NCBI GenBank assembly: GCA_964464565.1
Contig: CAYXGK010000002.1
Coordinates: forward strand, 1,858 to 34,612
From: an uncultured Muribaculaceae bacterium
Lineage (GTDB): Bacteria > Bacillota_I > Bacilli_A > RF39 > UBA660
Direction: 5' to 3'
DNA: 32,755 bases
Part shown: piece after piece, positions 1 to 9,361 of the stretch
How positions within the stretch are numbered: position 1 is the first letter of the stretch
Layout: each line of letters begins with the position of its first letter
Program-made: the position numbers and the translations under genes
Notes under the pieces: model-generated
Databases searched by the model: none
What the model was told of the DNA's origin: nothing
What the model saw: only the letters and a program-made list of their open reading frames with translations

Positions 1-38
1 TAGCTATGGATCAATGCTAATAGAAATGGAGAAATAAT

Positions 39-317
39 ATGAAAGATTTAAATAAAAAGGTAATATTCCAAGGAGAAGATGGAGAAAAATTCGAAATGAC
101 AATTATAAAGGAATTTGATTACAAAGATAAAAAATATGCTGTTTTAATGGAAGATGATGATCACGATCACGATTGTAATTGTGATAAAAATATTGGAATA
201 CTTGAAATAGTAAAAGATAAAGATGGAAGTGATACATTTGTTCAAATAGAAGATGATAAGTTATTTGAAGAAATAGTTGATCAAGCAGAAATTGCAATAT
301 ATGAAGGAGCAGAATAA
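39..317 (+). CDS. DUF1292 / UPF0473 (YrzB-like) small acidic protein
   Basis: 92-aa ORF with a GGAGA RBS upstream. Pattern 'GEDGEKFEMTIIKEFDYKDKKYAVLMEDDD...ILEIVKDKDGSDTFVQIEDDKLFEEI' matches my memory of the Firmicute YrzB/DUF1292 family (short, acidic, two beta-rich halves). Confidence 0.6.
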   Translation: MKDLNKKVIFQGEDGEKFEMTIIKEFDYKDKKYAVLMEDDDHDHDCNCDKNIGILEIVKDKDGSDTFVQIEDDKLFEEIVDQAEIAIYEGAE

Positions 318-339
318 ATATATTTAATAAGGAGGAGAT

Positions 340-1227
340 ATGAACAATAACTCACAAATGTTAAAAAAAATATTTATTCCAGTTATTATACTTCTTGCTG
401 TAGCAGGAATATATTTTGGATTTAGACTAGGAGAATTATTTTCAAAAAAAGAAGACGAAATAATAGATAACATTAAAAAAGAAGAGAAACTTGAAATAAA
501 AGATAAAGAAGAACAAAAAGAAGAACAAATTACAGATAATTCAAAAATATTTGAAGATGCTAAAAAAATAATAGAAGAAGAGTTGTATATTTTGCAAGGA
601 TTAAACAATTCTAAAAATATACCAAAAGAAATAAAAGCAAAATTGGCCCTTAACCTCTATTGTGGAAAAAAAGGATCCTTTGAAATTTGTAAAACTGAAG
701 GCGGAGAAACAATAGACGCAAAAGATCTTGAAGCAACATATAATAATAGTTCGTTGAGTAATTTTCCTTTTGAAAACTCAAGTATTTATTGTTTTCCTTA
801 TGATAAAGAGCATTTAAATGATAATCATTTTATTTGGGAATATAATCCGGATACTGATAAATATTTTACAAATCATGGTGGACATGGTGGGAATAATATT
901 GAATTGCTATATAAAAAATTAATTAGTGAAACAAATGAAGACGGATTATATACAATAAAATATCACTATGTATTTGTTTCTAGTTCGGATATGGGAGAGT
1001 CTTTATCTTATAATATATTTCAAAATTATGCTGATTTATTAAATTATAATATTTATAAAGAAGTATCATCAACTAGGACAGATTATGAAGAATATAAGAA
1101 ATCAACAATAAATGAGATTGATAATTTATATAACAATGATGTTACATTTAAAGATGGATTGGATGTTTATACATATACATTTGAATTAATAAATGGGAAA
1201 TTAAAGTTAAAAGAATATTCAATATAA
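340..1227 (+). CDS. N-terminally membrane-anchored protein, function unknown
   Basis: 295-aa ORF with a strong RBS (AAGGAGGAG). Single N-terminal hydrophobic helix 'IFIPVIILLAVAGIYFGF', then a K/E-rich linker and a globular part. No recognisable catalytic motif. Confidence 0.55.
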   Translation: MNNNSQMLKKIFIPVIILLAVAGIYFGFRLGELFSKKEDEIIDNIKKEEKLEIKDKEEQKEEQITDNSKIFEDAKKIIEEELYILQGLNNSKNIPKEIKAKLALNLYCGKKGSFEICKTEGGETIDAKDLEATYNNSSLSNFPFENSSIYCFPYDKEHLNDNHFIWEYNPDTDKYFTNHGGHGGNNIELLYKKLISETNEDGLYTIKYHYVFVSSSDMGESLSYNIFQNYADLLNYNIYKEVSSTRTDYEEYKKSTINEIDNLYNNDVTFKDGLDVYTYTFELINGKLKLKEYSI

Positions 1228-1258
1228 AGACTATTAAATTCGATTTTTTTCTAATGCC

Positions 1259-1286
1259 TTGACAAATTATAAATTTTCATTATAAT
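1259..1286 (+). promoter_or_regulatory. SigA-type promoter (TTGACA, 16 nt, TATAAT)
   Basis: Perfect -35 ttgaca (1259-1264) and perfect -10 tataat (1281-1286) with a 16-nt spacer, 36 nt upstream of the ATG at 1322. A 7-bp hairpin (1290-1310) sits at the predicted 5' end of the transcript. Confidence 0.6.
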
Positions 1287-1321
1287 AAATCTCTTCTATT
1301 AATGAAGAGAAAGAGGTATAT

Positions 1322-1648
1322 ATGCAAGATACTTTTAATCATGAATTAGAAAACAACGCTAGTTATATGCTGGATATGATAAGAGAAGACTATAAAAATT
1401 ATTTCAATGCTTCATATAGTTTGAGAAATAATCCAATCTTTATATTAGAATCTATTTATCAATGTATATCTCAAATAAATAATGATGAAAATTATACAAG
1501 TCCAGAACATAAACAAAAAATATACAATCAATTTTGTAAAAAGGTTTATCAAAGAGATTATAAAGTAACAACTTCAGATGGTTATAGAGTAATGCAAAAA
1601 ATTACTAAAAATAATTCTAAAAAGAATCGTTTCAATATATTTCATTAA
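1322..1648 (+). CDS. hypothetical protein (108 aa)
   Basis: ORF with RBS AAGAGG and its own consensus promoter. No motif recognised. Confidence 0.5.
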   Translation: MQDTFNHELENNASYMLDMIREDYKNYFNASYSLRNNPIFILESIYQCISQINNDENYTSPEHKQKIYNQFCKKVYQRDYKVTTSDGYRVMQKITKNNSKKNRFNIFH

Positions 1649-1662
1649 TGATTCTTTTTTTT
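1621..1662 (+). terminator. possible intrinsic terminator (long-loop hairpin plus T-run)
   Basis: aaagaatc (1621-1628) pairs with gattcttt (1650-1657), followed by a T-run to 1662. The 21-nt loop makes it weak. Confidence 0.3.
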
Positions 1663-1688
1663 ATGATATAATAAAATTAGGTGATATT

Positions 1689-1970
1689 ATGAATGAATTC
1701 AATTCATTAAAAGAACTTTATATTAAGGTTAGACCTGTATTAACTATTAAAAAAAATGAATTAAAAAAATTAGGAATGAACTATATAGTTGAAGCTGATA
1801 TATGGAACTATTTAAAAAGTGAAAAATGGATTAAAACGACTAATTTATCTTTAAGTGAACTTGTTAATGATATATTAGAATGTGATTTAGAAAAATTAGA
1901 TATTTATACTAAAAAGGAGTTGTCAAAAGTACAAAGAAAAGTTGATACTGATGAAATATTAGACTTTTAG
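1689..1970 (+). CDS. comN: ComN-like post-transcriptional regulator
   Basis: 93 aa. 'EADIWNYLKSEKWIKTTNLSLSELVNDIL' matches the D-[LI]-W-x-Y-L...KW.K...L..LV.DI signature I recall from B. subtilis ComN/YrzD. Its position just upstream of the rel-dtd region fits Bacillus synteny. An extended -10 tgatataat lies at 1664-1672. Confidence 0.55.
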   Translation: MNEFNSLKELYIKVRPVLTIKKNELKKLGMNYIVEADIWNYLKSEKWIKTTNLSLSELVNDILECDLEKLDIYTKKELSKVQRKVDTDEILDF

Positions 1971-1978
1971 GAGGATAA

Positions 1979-4129
1979 ATGGAACACGAAGAAATAACTA
2001 CTAAAGAAGAACTTTTAGAAAGTGCTAAAAAATATATTAATAAAGAAGAAGAAATAAATATAATATCAAAAGCATATGATTATTCTATTGAAAAAACTTA
2101 TGGTAAAAAAAGATTAGACGAAAGTTTAGAGTTTTTGCATCCATTAAATGTATCTTATATATTAACTAAAATGAATATAGATTATATTACTATAACTTCA
2201 GCATTACTTCATGAAATGGAAGTTGATGATGAATTAGTAGATACTTTTGGTGAGGATGTTAAAAACATAATCAATGGTGTTAGAAAGATAAATAGAGTTA
2301 ATTTATCAGCAGACTCACTATATTTAATTAATTACTATAAAAAAATACTTGTTGGTCTTTGTGAAGATGTTAGAGTAATAATAATAAAACTAGCAGATAG
2401 ATTAGAGAATATGAGAAATATTTGGATGCTAGATGAAGAAACACAAAAAAAAGAAGCAAAAGAAACACTAGAAATATTATCGCCAATTGCTCATCATTTG
2501 GGAATGAATTCGCTTAAAACTGAACTAGAAGATATCTCGCTTAAGTATTATAAACCTGATATTTATTATGATATAGTTAGAAATTTAAATAATACTAAAT
2601 TAGAAAGAGATAATTCTATTTTAGAGATGAAAAAAAGTATTACCGAAATATTATTAGAACATAATATTAAGCATGAAATAAAAGGTAGAAGTAAAAGCAT
2701 ATATAGTATTTATAATAAGTTAGAAAAAGGAAAAAGATTTAAAGAAATATACGATATATTAGCTATTAGAGTATATGTGGAAAGTGAAGCTGATTGTTAT
2801 TTATCACTTGGTTTAATACATTCAAAATATAGACCCTTATCGAATAGGTTTAAGGATTATATTGCTATGCCAAAAGAAAATGGATATCAATCATTACATA
2901 CTACAATATTTGGAGTTGATGGTTATTTATTTGAAGTACAAATTAGAACATTTGAAATGGATAAAATAGCCGAATATGGTTTTGCATCTCATTGGGCATA
3001 TAAAGAGAAAAAGGATGCTTCTATGGCATTAAAAAATACAATGGAACAAAAACTTCAATTATTTAGAAGTGTAATTGAAGCATCTAATGAATTTACATCA
3101 AATGAAGAGTTTAAAGAAAATGTAGAAAAAGAAATATTGAGTGATGAAATATATGTTTATACTCCAAAAGGGGATGTCATAGAGCTTCCTATTGGAAGTA
3201 CTCCAATAGACTTTGCATATCGAGTACATACTGATATTGGAGATAAAATGATGGGTGCTATAGTAAATGACAATATAGTTCCATTAGATTTTGAATTAAA
3301 AGATGGAGACATAGTTAAAATAAACATAAATAAAAACAGCTTAGGTCCAAATAAAGAATGGATAAACATGGTGAAGACTAGCCAAGCAAAAAACAGAATA
3401 AAATCATTTTTTACCAAAATAAATAAAGAAGAGACAATAAAAAAGGGTGAAGAATTATTAATAAAAGAACTAAGAAGACAAAAAATATCTTCTACTGATT
3501 TCTTTAATGAAGATAGAATATTTGGCTTATTAAAATTATTGTCGGAAAACAGTATCGAGGATTTATATTATTGTATAGGAAACGGTAAATATAGTTCGAG
3601 TTATTTAATAAACTTAGTATATAGAGATACACCTACAAAAGAAGAAATTATATTAAATAAACTATCACAATCTAATGTTAATACTATTCAAAACAAAAAT
3701 GATGTAATAGTGGCCGGAATAGATGAAATTAAAGTATCATTAGCTAATTGCTGTAAACCAATAAAAGGGGACGAAGTAATTGGTTATATTACTAAGGGTA
3801 GCGGTATAACTGTTCACAGAACTAATTGCCATAATATCTCAAATATTGAAGAGAGATTAATATCTATTGAATGGAATGTGGATTCTACTAGTAAATTTCC
3901 AACTAGTATAATAATAACGTCTGAAAAAAGCGATAATTTTTTATTGGAATTGATCGCTAAAGCTTCTTCATTTGGAATAATAATACAAAATATTCAAACA
4001 ATTAGTAATATATCTTCAAACATATATGATATTGTAGTATCTGTAAAAGATTTAGAATCATTAAATAAATTTATTAATGATTCATATCAAATAAAGGGAA
4101 TTATAAGTATAGAAAGAGTAATTAAATGA
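1979..4129 (+). CDS. relA: long RSH (RelA/SpoT homologue): (p)ppGpp synthetase with atypical hydrolase-domain motifs, plus TGS and ACT domains
   Basis: 716 aa with RBS AGGAGG. Synthetase motifs are intact ('GRSKSIYSIYNKL', 'DILAIRVYV', 'FKDYIAMPKENGYQSLHTTI', 'EVQIRTFEMDKIAEYGFASHWAYKE'). TGS region 'IYVYTPKGDVIELPIGSTPIDFAYRVHTDIG'. C-terminal ACT-like region. HD-domain motifs deviate (see findings). Confidence 0.93.
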   Translation: MEHEEITTKEELLESAKKYINKEEEINIISKAYDYSIEKTYGKKRLDESLEFLHPLNVSYILTKMNIDYITITSALLHEMEVDDELVDTFGEDVKNIINGVRKINRVNLSADSLYLINYYKKILVGLCEDVRVIIIKLADRLENMRNIWMLDEETQKKEAKETLEILSPIAHHLGMNSLKTELEDISLKYYKPDIYYDIVRNLNNTKLERDNSILEMKKSITEILLEHNIKHEIKGRSKSIYSIYNKLEKGKRFKEIYDILAIRVYVESEADCYLSLGLIHSKYRPLSNRFKDYIAMPKENGYQSLHTTIFGVDGYLFEVQIRTFEMDKIAEYGFASHWAYKEKKDASMALKNTMEQKLQLFRSVIEASNEFTSNEEFKENVEKEILSDEIYVYTPKGDVIELPIGSTPIDFAYRVHTDIGDKMMGAIVNDNIVPLDFELKDGDIVKININKNSLGPNKEWINMVKTSQAKNRIKSFFTKINKEETIKKGEELLIKELRRQKISSTDFFNEDRIFGLLKLLSENSIEDLYYCIGNGKYSSSYLINLVYRDTPTKEEIILNKLSQSNVNTIQNKNDVIVAGIDEIKVSLANCCKPIKGDEVIGYITKGSGITVHRTNCHNISNIEERLISIEWNVDSTSKFPTSIIITSEKSDNFLLELIAKASSFGIIIQNIQTISNISSNIYDIVVSVKDLESLNKFINDSYQIKGIISIERVIK

Positions 4130-4563
4130 GATTAGTAGTTCAAAGAAGTAAAAATTCTAATGTTCAAGTTGATAATAATATTGTTGGTTCAATATCTAGT
4201 GGTTTAGTAGTATTAGTTGGAATAAATATAAATGATACTAAAAAAGAGGTTGAATATCTTGTTAATAAGTTAATTAATTTGAGAATATTTGATGATGAAA
4301 ATGGTGTAATGAATTTATCTATAAAGGATGTTAATAAAGAGGTATTATCTATATCTCAATTTACATTAGAAGCAGATACAACTAAAGGTAATAGACCAAG
4401 CTATCAAAATGCAATGAAGGGCGAATGTTCAGTAGAATTATACGACTATTTTAATAAATTATTAAAAGAACATATTATAGTAGAAACAGGGATATTTGGT
4501 GCTGAGATGATAGTAAACATCACCAATGATGGACCTGTAACAATAATACTAGATAGTAAATAA
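4126..4563 (+). CDS. dtd: D-aminoacyl-tRNA deacylase
   Basis: 145 aa. 'MRLVVQRSK...', 'SQFTLEADTTKGNRPS' and 'NDGPVTIILDS' are classic Dtd motifs. The ATGA start/stop overlap with the rel gene is the conserved Firmicute arrangement. Confidence 0.93.
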   Translation: MRLVVQRSKNSNVQVDNNIVGSISSGLVVLVGININDTKKEVEYLVNKLINLRIFDDENGVMNLSIKDVNKEVLSISQFTLEADTTKGNRPSYQNAMKGECSVELYDYFNKLLKEHIIVETGIFGAEMIVNITNDGPVTIILDSK

Positions 4564-4573
4564 TATAATAAAT

Positions 4574-4599
4574 AAAACCACAAAAAAGTGGTTTTTATT
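4574..4599 (+). terminator. intrinsic terminator after dtd
   Basis: aaaaccac (4574-4581), loop aaaaaa, gtggtttt (4588-4595), then a T/A-rich tail. Confidence 0.5.
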
Positions 4600-4608
4600 A
4601 TTTATAAA

Positions 4609-4617
4609 TGATATAAT
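4609..4617 (+). promoter_or_regulatory. extended -10 element (TGaTATAAT) for the hydrogenase operon
   Basis: tgatataat lies 25 nt upstream of the ATG at 4642, directly after the dtd terminator. No convincing -35. Confidence 0.35.
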
Positions 4618-4641
4618 TATTGCAATAGTATAGGAGAACAT

Positions 4642-5103
4642 ATGGATAGTAAATTAAATGAAATAATTGATAAATATAAAGATGAAAATGGTAACTTAAT
4701 GCCAATACTTCAGGAAATTCAAGTCGAATATGGATATTTATCATATGAACATTTAAAGCAAGTATCCGAATCTTTAGATATATCTTTAGAAAAAATATAT
4801 GGAGTAGCAACTTTTTATAGTCAGTTTAAATTTAAGCCTCAAGCTATACACAAGATAAGTGTATGCTTGGGAACAGTATGCTATGTTAAAGGTGCAAACG
4901 ATGTACTAAATGAAGTAAAAAAGGAATTAAATATTGAAGTTGGAGAAAATACCCCGGACAATTTATTTTCAATTGAAAACACAAGATGTTTAGGTTGCTG
5001 TAGTTTAGCCCCGGTAATGATGATAGATGAAAAAGTATATAGCGAAGTAAAGGCAACAGATGTAAAAAAAATATTAGATTCATATAGAGGTAGCAATGTA
5101 TAA
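4642..5103 (+). CDS. hydC: NuoE/HydC-like [2Fe-2S] thioredoxin-fold subunit of NADH-dependent [FeFe] hydrogenase
   Basis: 153 aa. Cys pattern 'CLGTVCYVKGA...CLGCCSLAP' is typical of the NuoE/HndA family. First gene of a three-gene operon with NuoF-like and HydA genes. Confidence 0.85.
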   Translation: MDSKLNEIIDKYKDENGNLMPILQEIQVEYGYLSYEHLKQVSESLDISLEKIYGVATFYSQFKFKPQAIHKISVCLGTVCYVKGANDVLNEVKKELNIEVGENTPDNLFSIENTRCLGCCSLAPVMMIDEKVYSEVKATDVKKILDSYRGSNV

Positions 5104-6880
5104 TGATATATTAGATAGTATTAAAGATAACAACACTAGAATAACAGTAGGATTAGGCACTTGTGGTATATCAAGTGGTGCAGATAAGATTTATAAGATA
5201 CTAAAAGATAGATTAACGAATATAGATGTAGTGCCTGTTGGATGTATTGGTGTTTGCAAATATGAACCAATTGTTGAAATATACAAAGATAATATAAGAA
5301 CCACATATGTCAATATTGATGAAGAAAAACTAAATAAAATAATAGAAAATCATATTAATAATAATATAGTAGTTAAAGAATATTTAATTGATGAAAACAC
5401 ATCTAATATTTTACAATACCCATTTTTAAAGAGACAAGTTAGAATTGCTCTTAGAAATTGTGGAAATATAAACCCAGAAAACATTTACGATTATATAAAA
5501 AATGGTGGTTATAATTCGCTAAATAGAGTGTTAAATGAAAATATTAATGTTATCGATATACTAAAAGAATCAAAATTAAGAGGTAGAGGAGGAGCCGGTT
5601 TTAGTACGGGTTTAAAATGGGAATTTACTAAAAAGGAAGATTCAAATACTAAGTATGTGTGTTGTAATGCTGATGAAGGAGATCCGGGTGCATTTATGGA
5701 TAGATCTTTATTGGAAGGAGATCCACACTCAATTATTGAAGCTATGGTTATTGCAGGTAAAACTATAGGATCAAATCAAGGTTATATATATGTTAGAGCT
5801 GAATATCCTGTTGCTGTATCTAGATTGAAAACCGCAATTGCACAAGCAAAAGAATTAAATTTACTAGGAAATAATATTTTAGGAACTGATTTTTCATTCA
5901 ATTTAGATTTAAGATTAGGAAGTGGAGCATTCGTATGTGGTGAAGAAACAGCGTTAATTAGTTCAATTGAAGGAAAAAGAGGAGAACCTAATTTAAAACC
6001 TCCTTTTCCGGCTTCAAAAGGTCTATTTGGATATCCTACGCTTATAAATAATGTTGAAACATATGCAAATATCCCGTATATTTTAAATGGTAATTTTGAT
6101 AAATTTATTAGTTTGGGAAGTGAAAAATCAAAGGGTACAAAAGTATTCGCACTTGGTGGGAAAATAAACAATACTGGTTTAATCGAAATTCCAATTGGAA
6201 CAACTCTAAAAGATATCGTCTTTGATATTGGAGGAGGAATTCCTAACGATAAAATATTTAAAGCAGCTCAAACTGGAGGACCATCTGGTGGGTGTATTCC
6301 AACTGAACATTTAGATATAAATATGGATTATGAATCGTTATCTTCTATTGGATCAATGATGGGATCTGGTGGATTAATAATAATGGATCAAGACAATTGT
6401 ATGGTTAATATTGCGGAATTCTTCTTAGACTTTACTGTGGATGAATCTTGTGGTAAATGTGTACCATGTAGAGTTGGAACAAAAAGATTAAAAGAAATAT
6501 TAAACAGAATTACAAGTGGAAAAGGCACATTAAATGATTTATATTTACTTGAAGAATTATCTTATCATATAAAGACATCTTCTTTATGTGGTCTTGGTCA
6601 ATCAGCACCTAATCCAGTAATAAGTACATTAAAATATTTTAAGAACGAATATATAGAACATATTGAAAAAAAATTATGTAGCAGTAAAGTGTGCAACAAC
6701 TTACTTGAATATAAGATTCTTCAAGATAAATGTATTGGTTGTGGAGTTTGTAAGATAAATTGCCCAGTAAATGCCATAAGTGGTGAAGTTAGAAATCCAC
6801 ATTTTATTGATCAAGAAAAATGTACAAAATGTGGTACATGTATGAAAGTGTGTAGATTTAATTCTATAGTAAGGGAGTAA
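5096..6880 (+). CDS. hydB: NuoF/HydB-like flavoprotein (FMN/NADH-binding, Fe-S) subunit of [FeFe] hydrogenase
   Basis: 594 aa. 'GRGGAGFSTGLKWEF' is the NuoF FMN/NAD signature. 'ESCGKCVPCRVG' is the N3 cluster motif. N-terminal thioredoxin-like 2Fe-2S region, and a C-terminal 2x[4Fe-4S] ferredoxin ('CIGCGVCKINCP', 'CTKCGTCMKVC'). Confidence 0.9.
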   Translation: MYNDILDSIKDNNTRITVGLGTCGISSGADKIYKILKDRLTNIDVVPVGCIGVCKYEPIVEIYKDNIRTTYVNIDEEKLNKIIENHINNNIVVKEYLIDENTSNILQYPFLKRQVRIALRNCGNINPENIYDYIKNGGYNSLNRVLNENINVIDILKESKLRGRGGAGFSTGLKWEFTKKEDSNTKYVCCNADEGDPGAFMDRSLLEGDPHSIIEAMVIAGKTIGSNQGYIYVRAEYPVAVSRLKTAIAQAKELNLLGNNILGTDFSFNLDLRLGSGAFVCGEETALISSIEGKRGEPNLKPPFPASKGLFGYPTLINNVETYANIPYILNGNFDKFISLGSEKSKGTKVFALGGKINNTGLIEIPIGTTLKDIVFDIGGGIPNDKIFKAAQTGGPSGGCIPTEHLDINMDYESLSSIGSMMGSGGLIIMDQDNCMVNIAEFFLDFTVDESCGKCVPCRVGTKRLKEILNRITSGKGTLNDLYLLEELSYHIKTSSLCGLGQSAPNPVISTLKYFKNEYIEHIEKKLCSSKVCNNLLEYKILQDKCIGCGVCKINCPVNAISGEVRNPHFIDQEKCTKCGTCMKVCRFNSIVRE

Positions 6881-6882
6881 CT

Positions 6883-8610
6883 ATGGTAAACATAAAAATT
6901 AATGGTATTGAAATTCAAGCTAGTGAAGATTCAACTATATTAGATGCTGCAAAAAATAGTAATATAGATATACCAACTCTATGTTTTTTGAGAGATGTAA
7001 ATGAAATAGCATCCTGTAGAATTTGTGTTGTAGAAGATTTATTAACAAATAATTTAATTACGGCTTGTACTGCAAAAGTTAAAAATGGATTGAATATTTC
7101 TACAAATAGTGAAAAAGTTATTAAATCAAGAATTAATACTTTAGAGTTGTTAGCTTCAAATCATAATAAAGACTGTGAAAATTGTAATAGAAATAATAAT
7201 TGTGAATTGCAAGATTTATTTATTGAATATAAAATTGAAGGCAATAAGTTTAAATGTGAAAAGATACAATATAAAAAAGATGAATCAACTAATTATCTAG
7301 TTAGAGATAATAGTAAATGTATTTTATGTAATAGATGCGTAGCAGTATGTGAAAAACTTCAAGATGTTGCTGTTATAGGAAAAAACAATAGAGGAAACAA
7401 AACTGTTATAGCTTCAGCATTTGATAAATTCTTAAAAGATACACCGTGTGTTGCATGTGGTCAATGTGTTAATGTGTGTCCAACTGGAGCACTAACAGAT
7501 AAAGAAAATATTGAAATAGTAAAAGAAGCATTAAATAATAAGGAAATTCATACAATAATTGCTCCAGCTCCAGCAGTAAGATTTTCTATTGGAGAAGGAT
7601 TTGATATGCCAATTGGTACTAATGTAAAAGGTAAATTAGTAACATCTGCTAAGATGTTAGGTTTTGATAAAGTGTTTGATATAAATTATGGTGCAGATTT
7701 GACAATCATAGAAGAAGGAAATGAACTTGTTGAAAGGATAAACAATAATGGCATATTTCCTATGATTACATCTTGCAGTCCTGGATGGGTTAATTATTTA
7801 GTAAGATATTTTCCAAATATGATTCCAAATTTATCAACATGCAAATCACCGCAAAAAATGTTTGGAGCATTAATCAAAACTTATTATGCAAAAATAAACA
7901 ATATTGATCCATCAAAAATATTTGTAGTTACTATAATGCCTTGTATTGCAAAAAAAGAAGAAATATTAAAAGATGATAATGCAACTATATATGATGATGT
8001 AGATGCTATCCTTTCTGCAAGAGAATATATTAAGTTATTAAAACAAAACAATATAGATTTTTCAAACCTTTCTGATAGTGAATTTGATAATCCCCTAGGA
8101 AGCGGAGCATCTGTTGTATTTGGTGCATCAGGTGGAGTTATGGAAGCAGCTCTTAGAACATTAGTAGAAGTTATTGATAAAAAAGAATTAACTAATTTGG
8201 AATTTAATGAAGTAAGAGGAATGCAAGGTATAAAGGAGGCAACATATAAATTAAATAATATGGAAATTAAAGTTGCAGTTGCCTCAGGCCTAGCAAATGC
8301 AAAAAAACTATTAAAAAAAATTGAAAACAAGGAAGTTTTCTATCATTTTATAGAAATAATGGCATGTCCTGGAGGCTGCATAAATGGCGGCGGACAACCA
8401 ATAGTAAGTTCTAAGATTAGAAATTATAATGACATAAAAAAAATAAGAGCACAGTCGCTTTATGCTGAGGATAAGTCATTAAATAATAGAAAAGCACATA
8501 AAAATCCAGATATATTAAAAATATATGATGATTTTTTAGGTAAACCCGGAAGTGAAATAGCACATAACTTACTACATACTCATTACTCTAAAGTTGAAAA
8601 ATACAAATAA
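6883..8610 (+). CDS. hydA: [FeFe] hydrogenase catalytic subunit (group A3-like domain layout)
   Basis: 575 aa. H-cluster motifs 'TSCSPGW', 'MPCIAKKEE' and 'EIMACPGGCINGGGQP'. N-terminal 2Fe-2S ferredoxin-like region, an His/Cys cluster motif 'HNKDCENCNRNNNC', and two 4Fe-4S motifs. Confidence 0.93.
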   Translation: MVNIKINGIEIQASEDSTILDAAKNSNIDIPTLCFLRDVNEIASCRICVVEDLLTNNLITACTAKVKNGLNISTNSEKVIKSRINTLELLASNHNKDCENCNRNNNCELQDLFIEYKIEGNKFKCEKIQYKKDESTNYLVRDNSKCILCNRCVAVCEKLQDVAVIGKNNRGNKTVIASAFDKFLKDTPCVACGQCVNVCPTGALTDKENIEIVKEALNNKEIHTIIAPAPAVRFSIGEGFDMPIGTNVKGKLVTSAKMLGFDKVFDINYGADLTIIEEGNELVERINNNGIFPMITSCSPGWVNYLVRYFPNMIPNLSTCKSPQKMFGALIKTYYAKINNIDPSKIFVVTIMPCIAKKEEILKDDNATIYDDVDAILSAREYIKLLKQNNIDFSNLSDSEFDNPLGSGASVVFGASGGVMEAALRTLVEVIDKKELTNLEFNEVRGMQGIKEATYKLNNMEIKVAVASGLANAKKLLKKIENKEVFYHFIEIMACPGGCINGGGQPIVSSKIRNYNDIKKIRAQSLYAEDKSLNNRKAHKNPDILKIYDDFLGKPGSEIAHNLLHTHYSKVEKYK

Positions 8611-8633
8611 GTGTAAAAAAAACGTAAAAAGAG

Positions 8634-8663
8634 TTGATTATTTTATTAATGTTATGATATAAA
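8634..8663 (+). promoter_or_regulatory. putative promoter of the WXG-like cassette (TTGATT, 18 nt, TGaTATAAA)
   Basis: -35-like ttgatt (8634-8639), an 18-nt spacer, TG (8655-8656) and tataaa (8658-8663), 27 nt upstream of the ATG at 8690. Confidence 0.45.
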
Positions 8664-8689
8664 TAATATTAGGAAGGTAGGAAAATAAT

Positions 8690-9361
8690 ATGAACGATAT
8701 GGTAAATGTGGCTAATTTAGGAAATTTGCATAACTCAGGTTCTGACAAATGCAAAACTATGGCTGATAATGTTACAAAAGAATTTATAACACCAGTTGCT
8801 AGTGCTTACAAAATTTTAGGAGATGATTGGTTTGGATCAGCAGCAGCGAATCATTATCCAAATGTAAAAGTATTACATGATAATATGGTAAGTTTACAAA
8901 ATTTTATAGCAGAACTTGGAGAAAAAATTACAGAAATTGCTGCAACAATGGATGAATTTGATACAAGAGCAGGAGGTACTTCAAGAGGATTAACAAAAAC
9001 TACTATAACAAGATATTCTGATATTTTAACAATAAAAGAAAAATTACCAGAACAAACATTCAGAATGAGCCCAGCATCAATACCTGCAGTAAATTCATTA
9101 AGAACTGTTGTTAATAGTATTGATACATTAGTTGGTCAAGTGGATACTTTATTAGAAGAAGTATTTACAAACTGGACAGCAGGAGGAAATCCTAGTTCAT
9201 TTAGAACATCAATTTCTTCAGCACTAGATAGAATTAAATCAATGAAAAACGAAGCGAATTTGGCAGTTGAAGCAATGGAAGCTGGAGTTAAAGTTATTTC
9301 TTCACTTGGTGCTAATTCAGCAGCAAGCGGAAACGGAAATCGTACTGATATGATAAACTAA
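8690..9361 (+). CDS. WXG-motif helical protein (WXG100/LXG-superfamily-like), 223 aa
   Basis: No signal peptide. 'ILGDDWFGSAAANHY' is a W-x-G turn motif flanked by predicted helices, as in ESAT-6-like proteins. A second W..GG element ('FTNWTAGGNPSSF') lies in the C-terminal half. Ala/Gly/Thr-rich, and visibly less AT-rich than its neighbours. Confidence 0.5.
   Translation: MNDMVNVANLGNLHNSGSDKCKTMADNVTKEFITPVASAYKILGDDWFGSAAANHYPNVKVLHDNMVSLQNFIAELGEKITEIAATMDEFDTRAGGTSRGLTKTTITRYSDILTIKEKLPEQTFRMSPASIPAVNSLRTVVNSIDTLVGQVDTLLEEVFTNWTAGGNPSSFRTSISSALDRIKSMKNEANLAVEAMEAGVKVISSLGANSAASGNGNRTDMIN

Noticed and set aside
1290-1310. A 7-bp hairpin (tctcttc-tattaat-gaagaga) between the promoter at 1259-1286 and the RBS of the 108-aa ORF, considered as a possible riboswitch or attenuator.
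   Set aside because: It is too small for a riboswitch and has no T-run. It is most simply a 5'-terminal stabilising stem-loop.
4642-8610. The hydrogenase operon as a candidate novel system.
   Set aside because: The gene order and all cofactor motifs match the well-known NuoE/NuoF/HydA trimeric electron-bifurcating [FeFe] hydrogenases. The only note is that the maturases hydEFG are not in the window.
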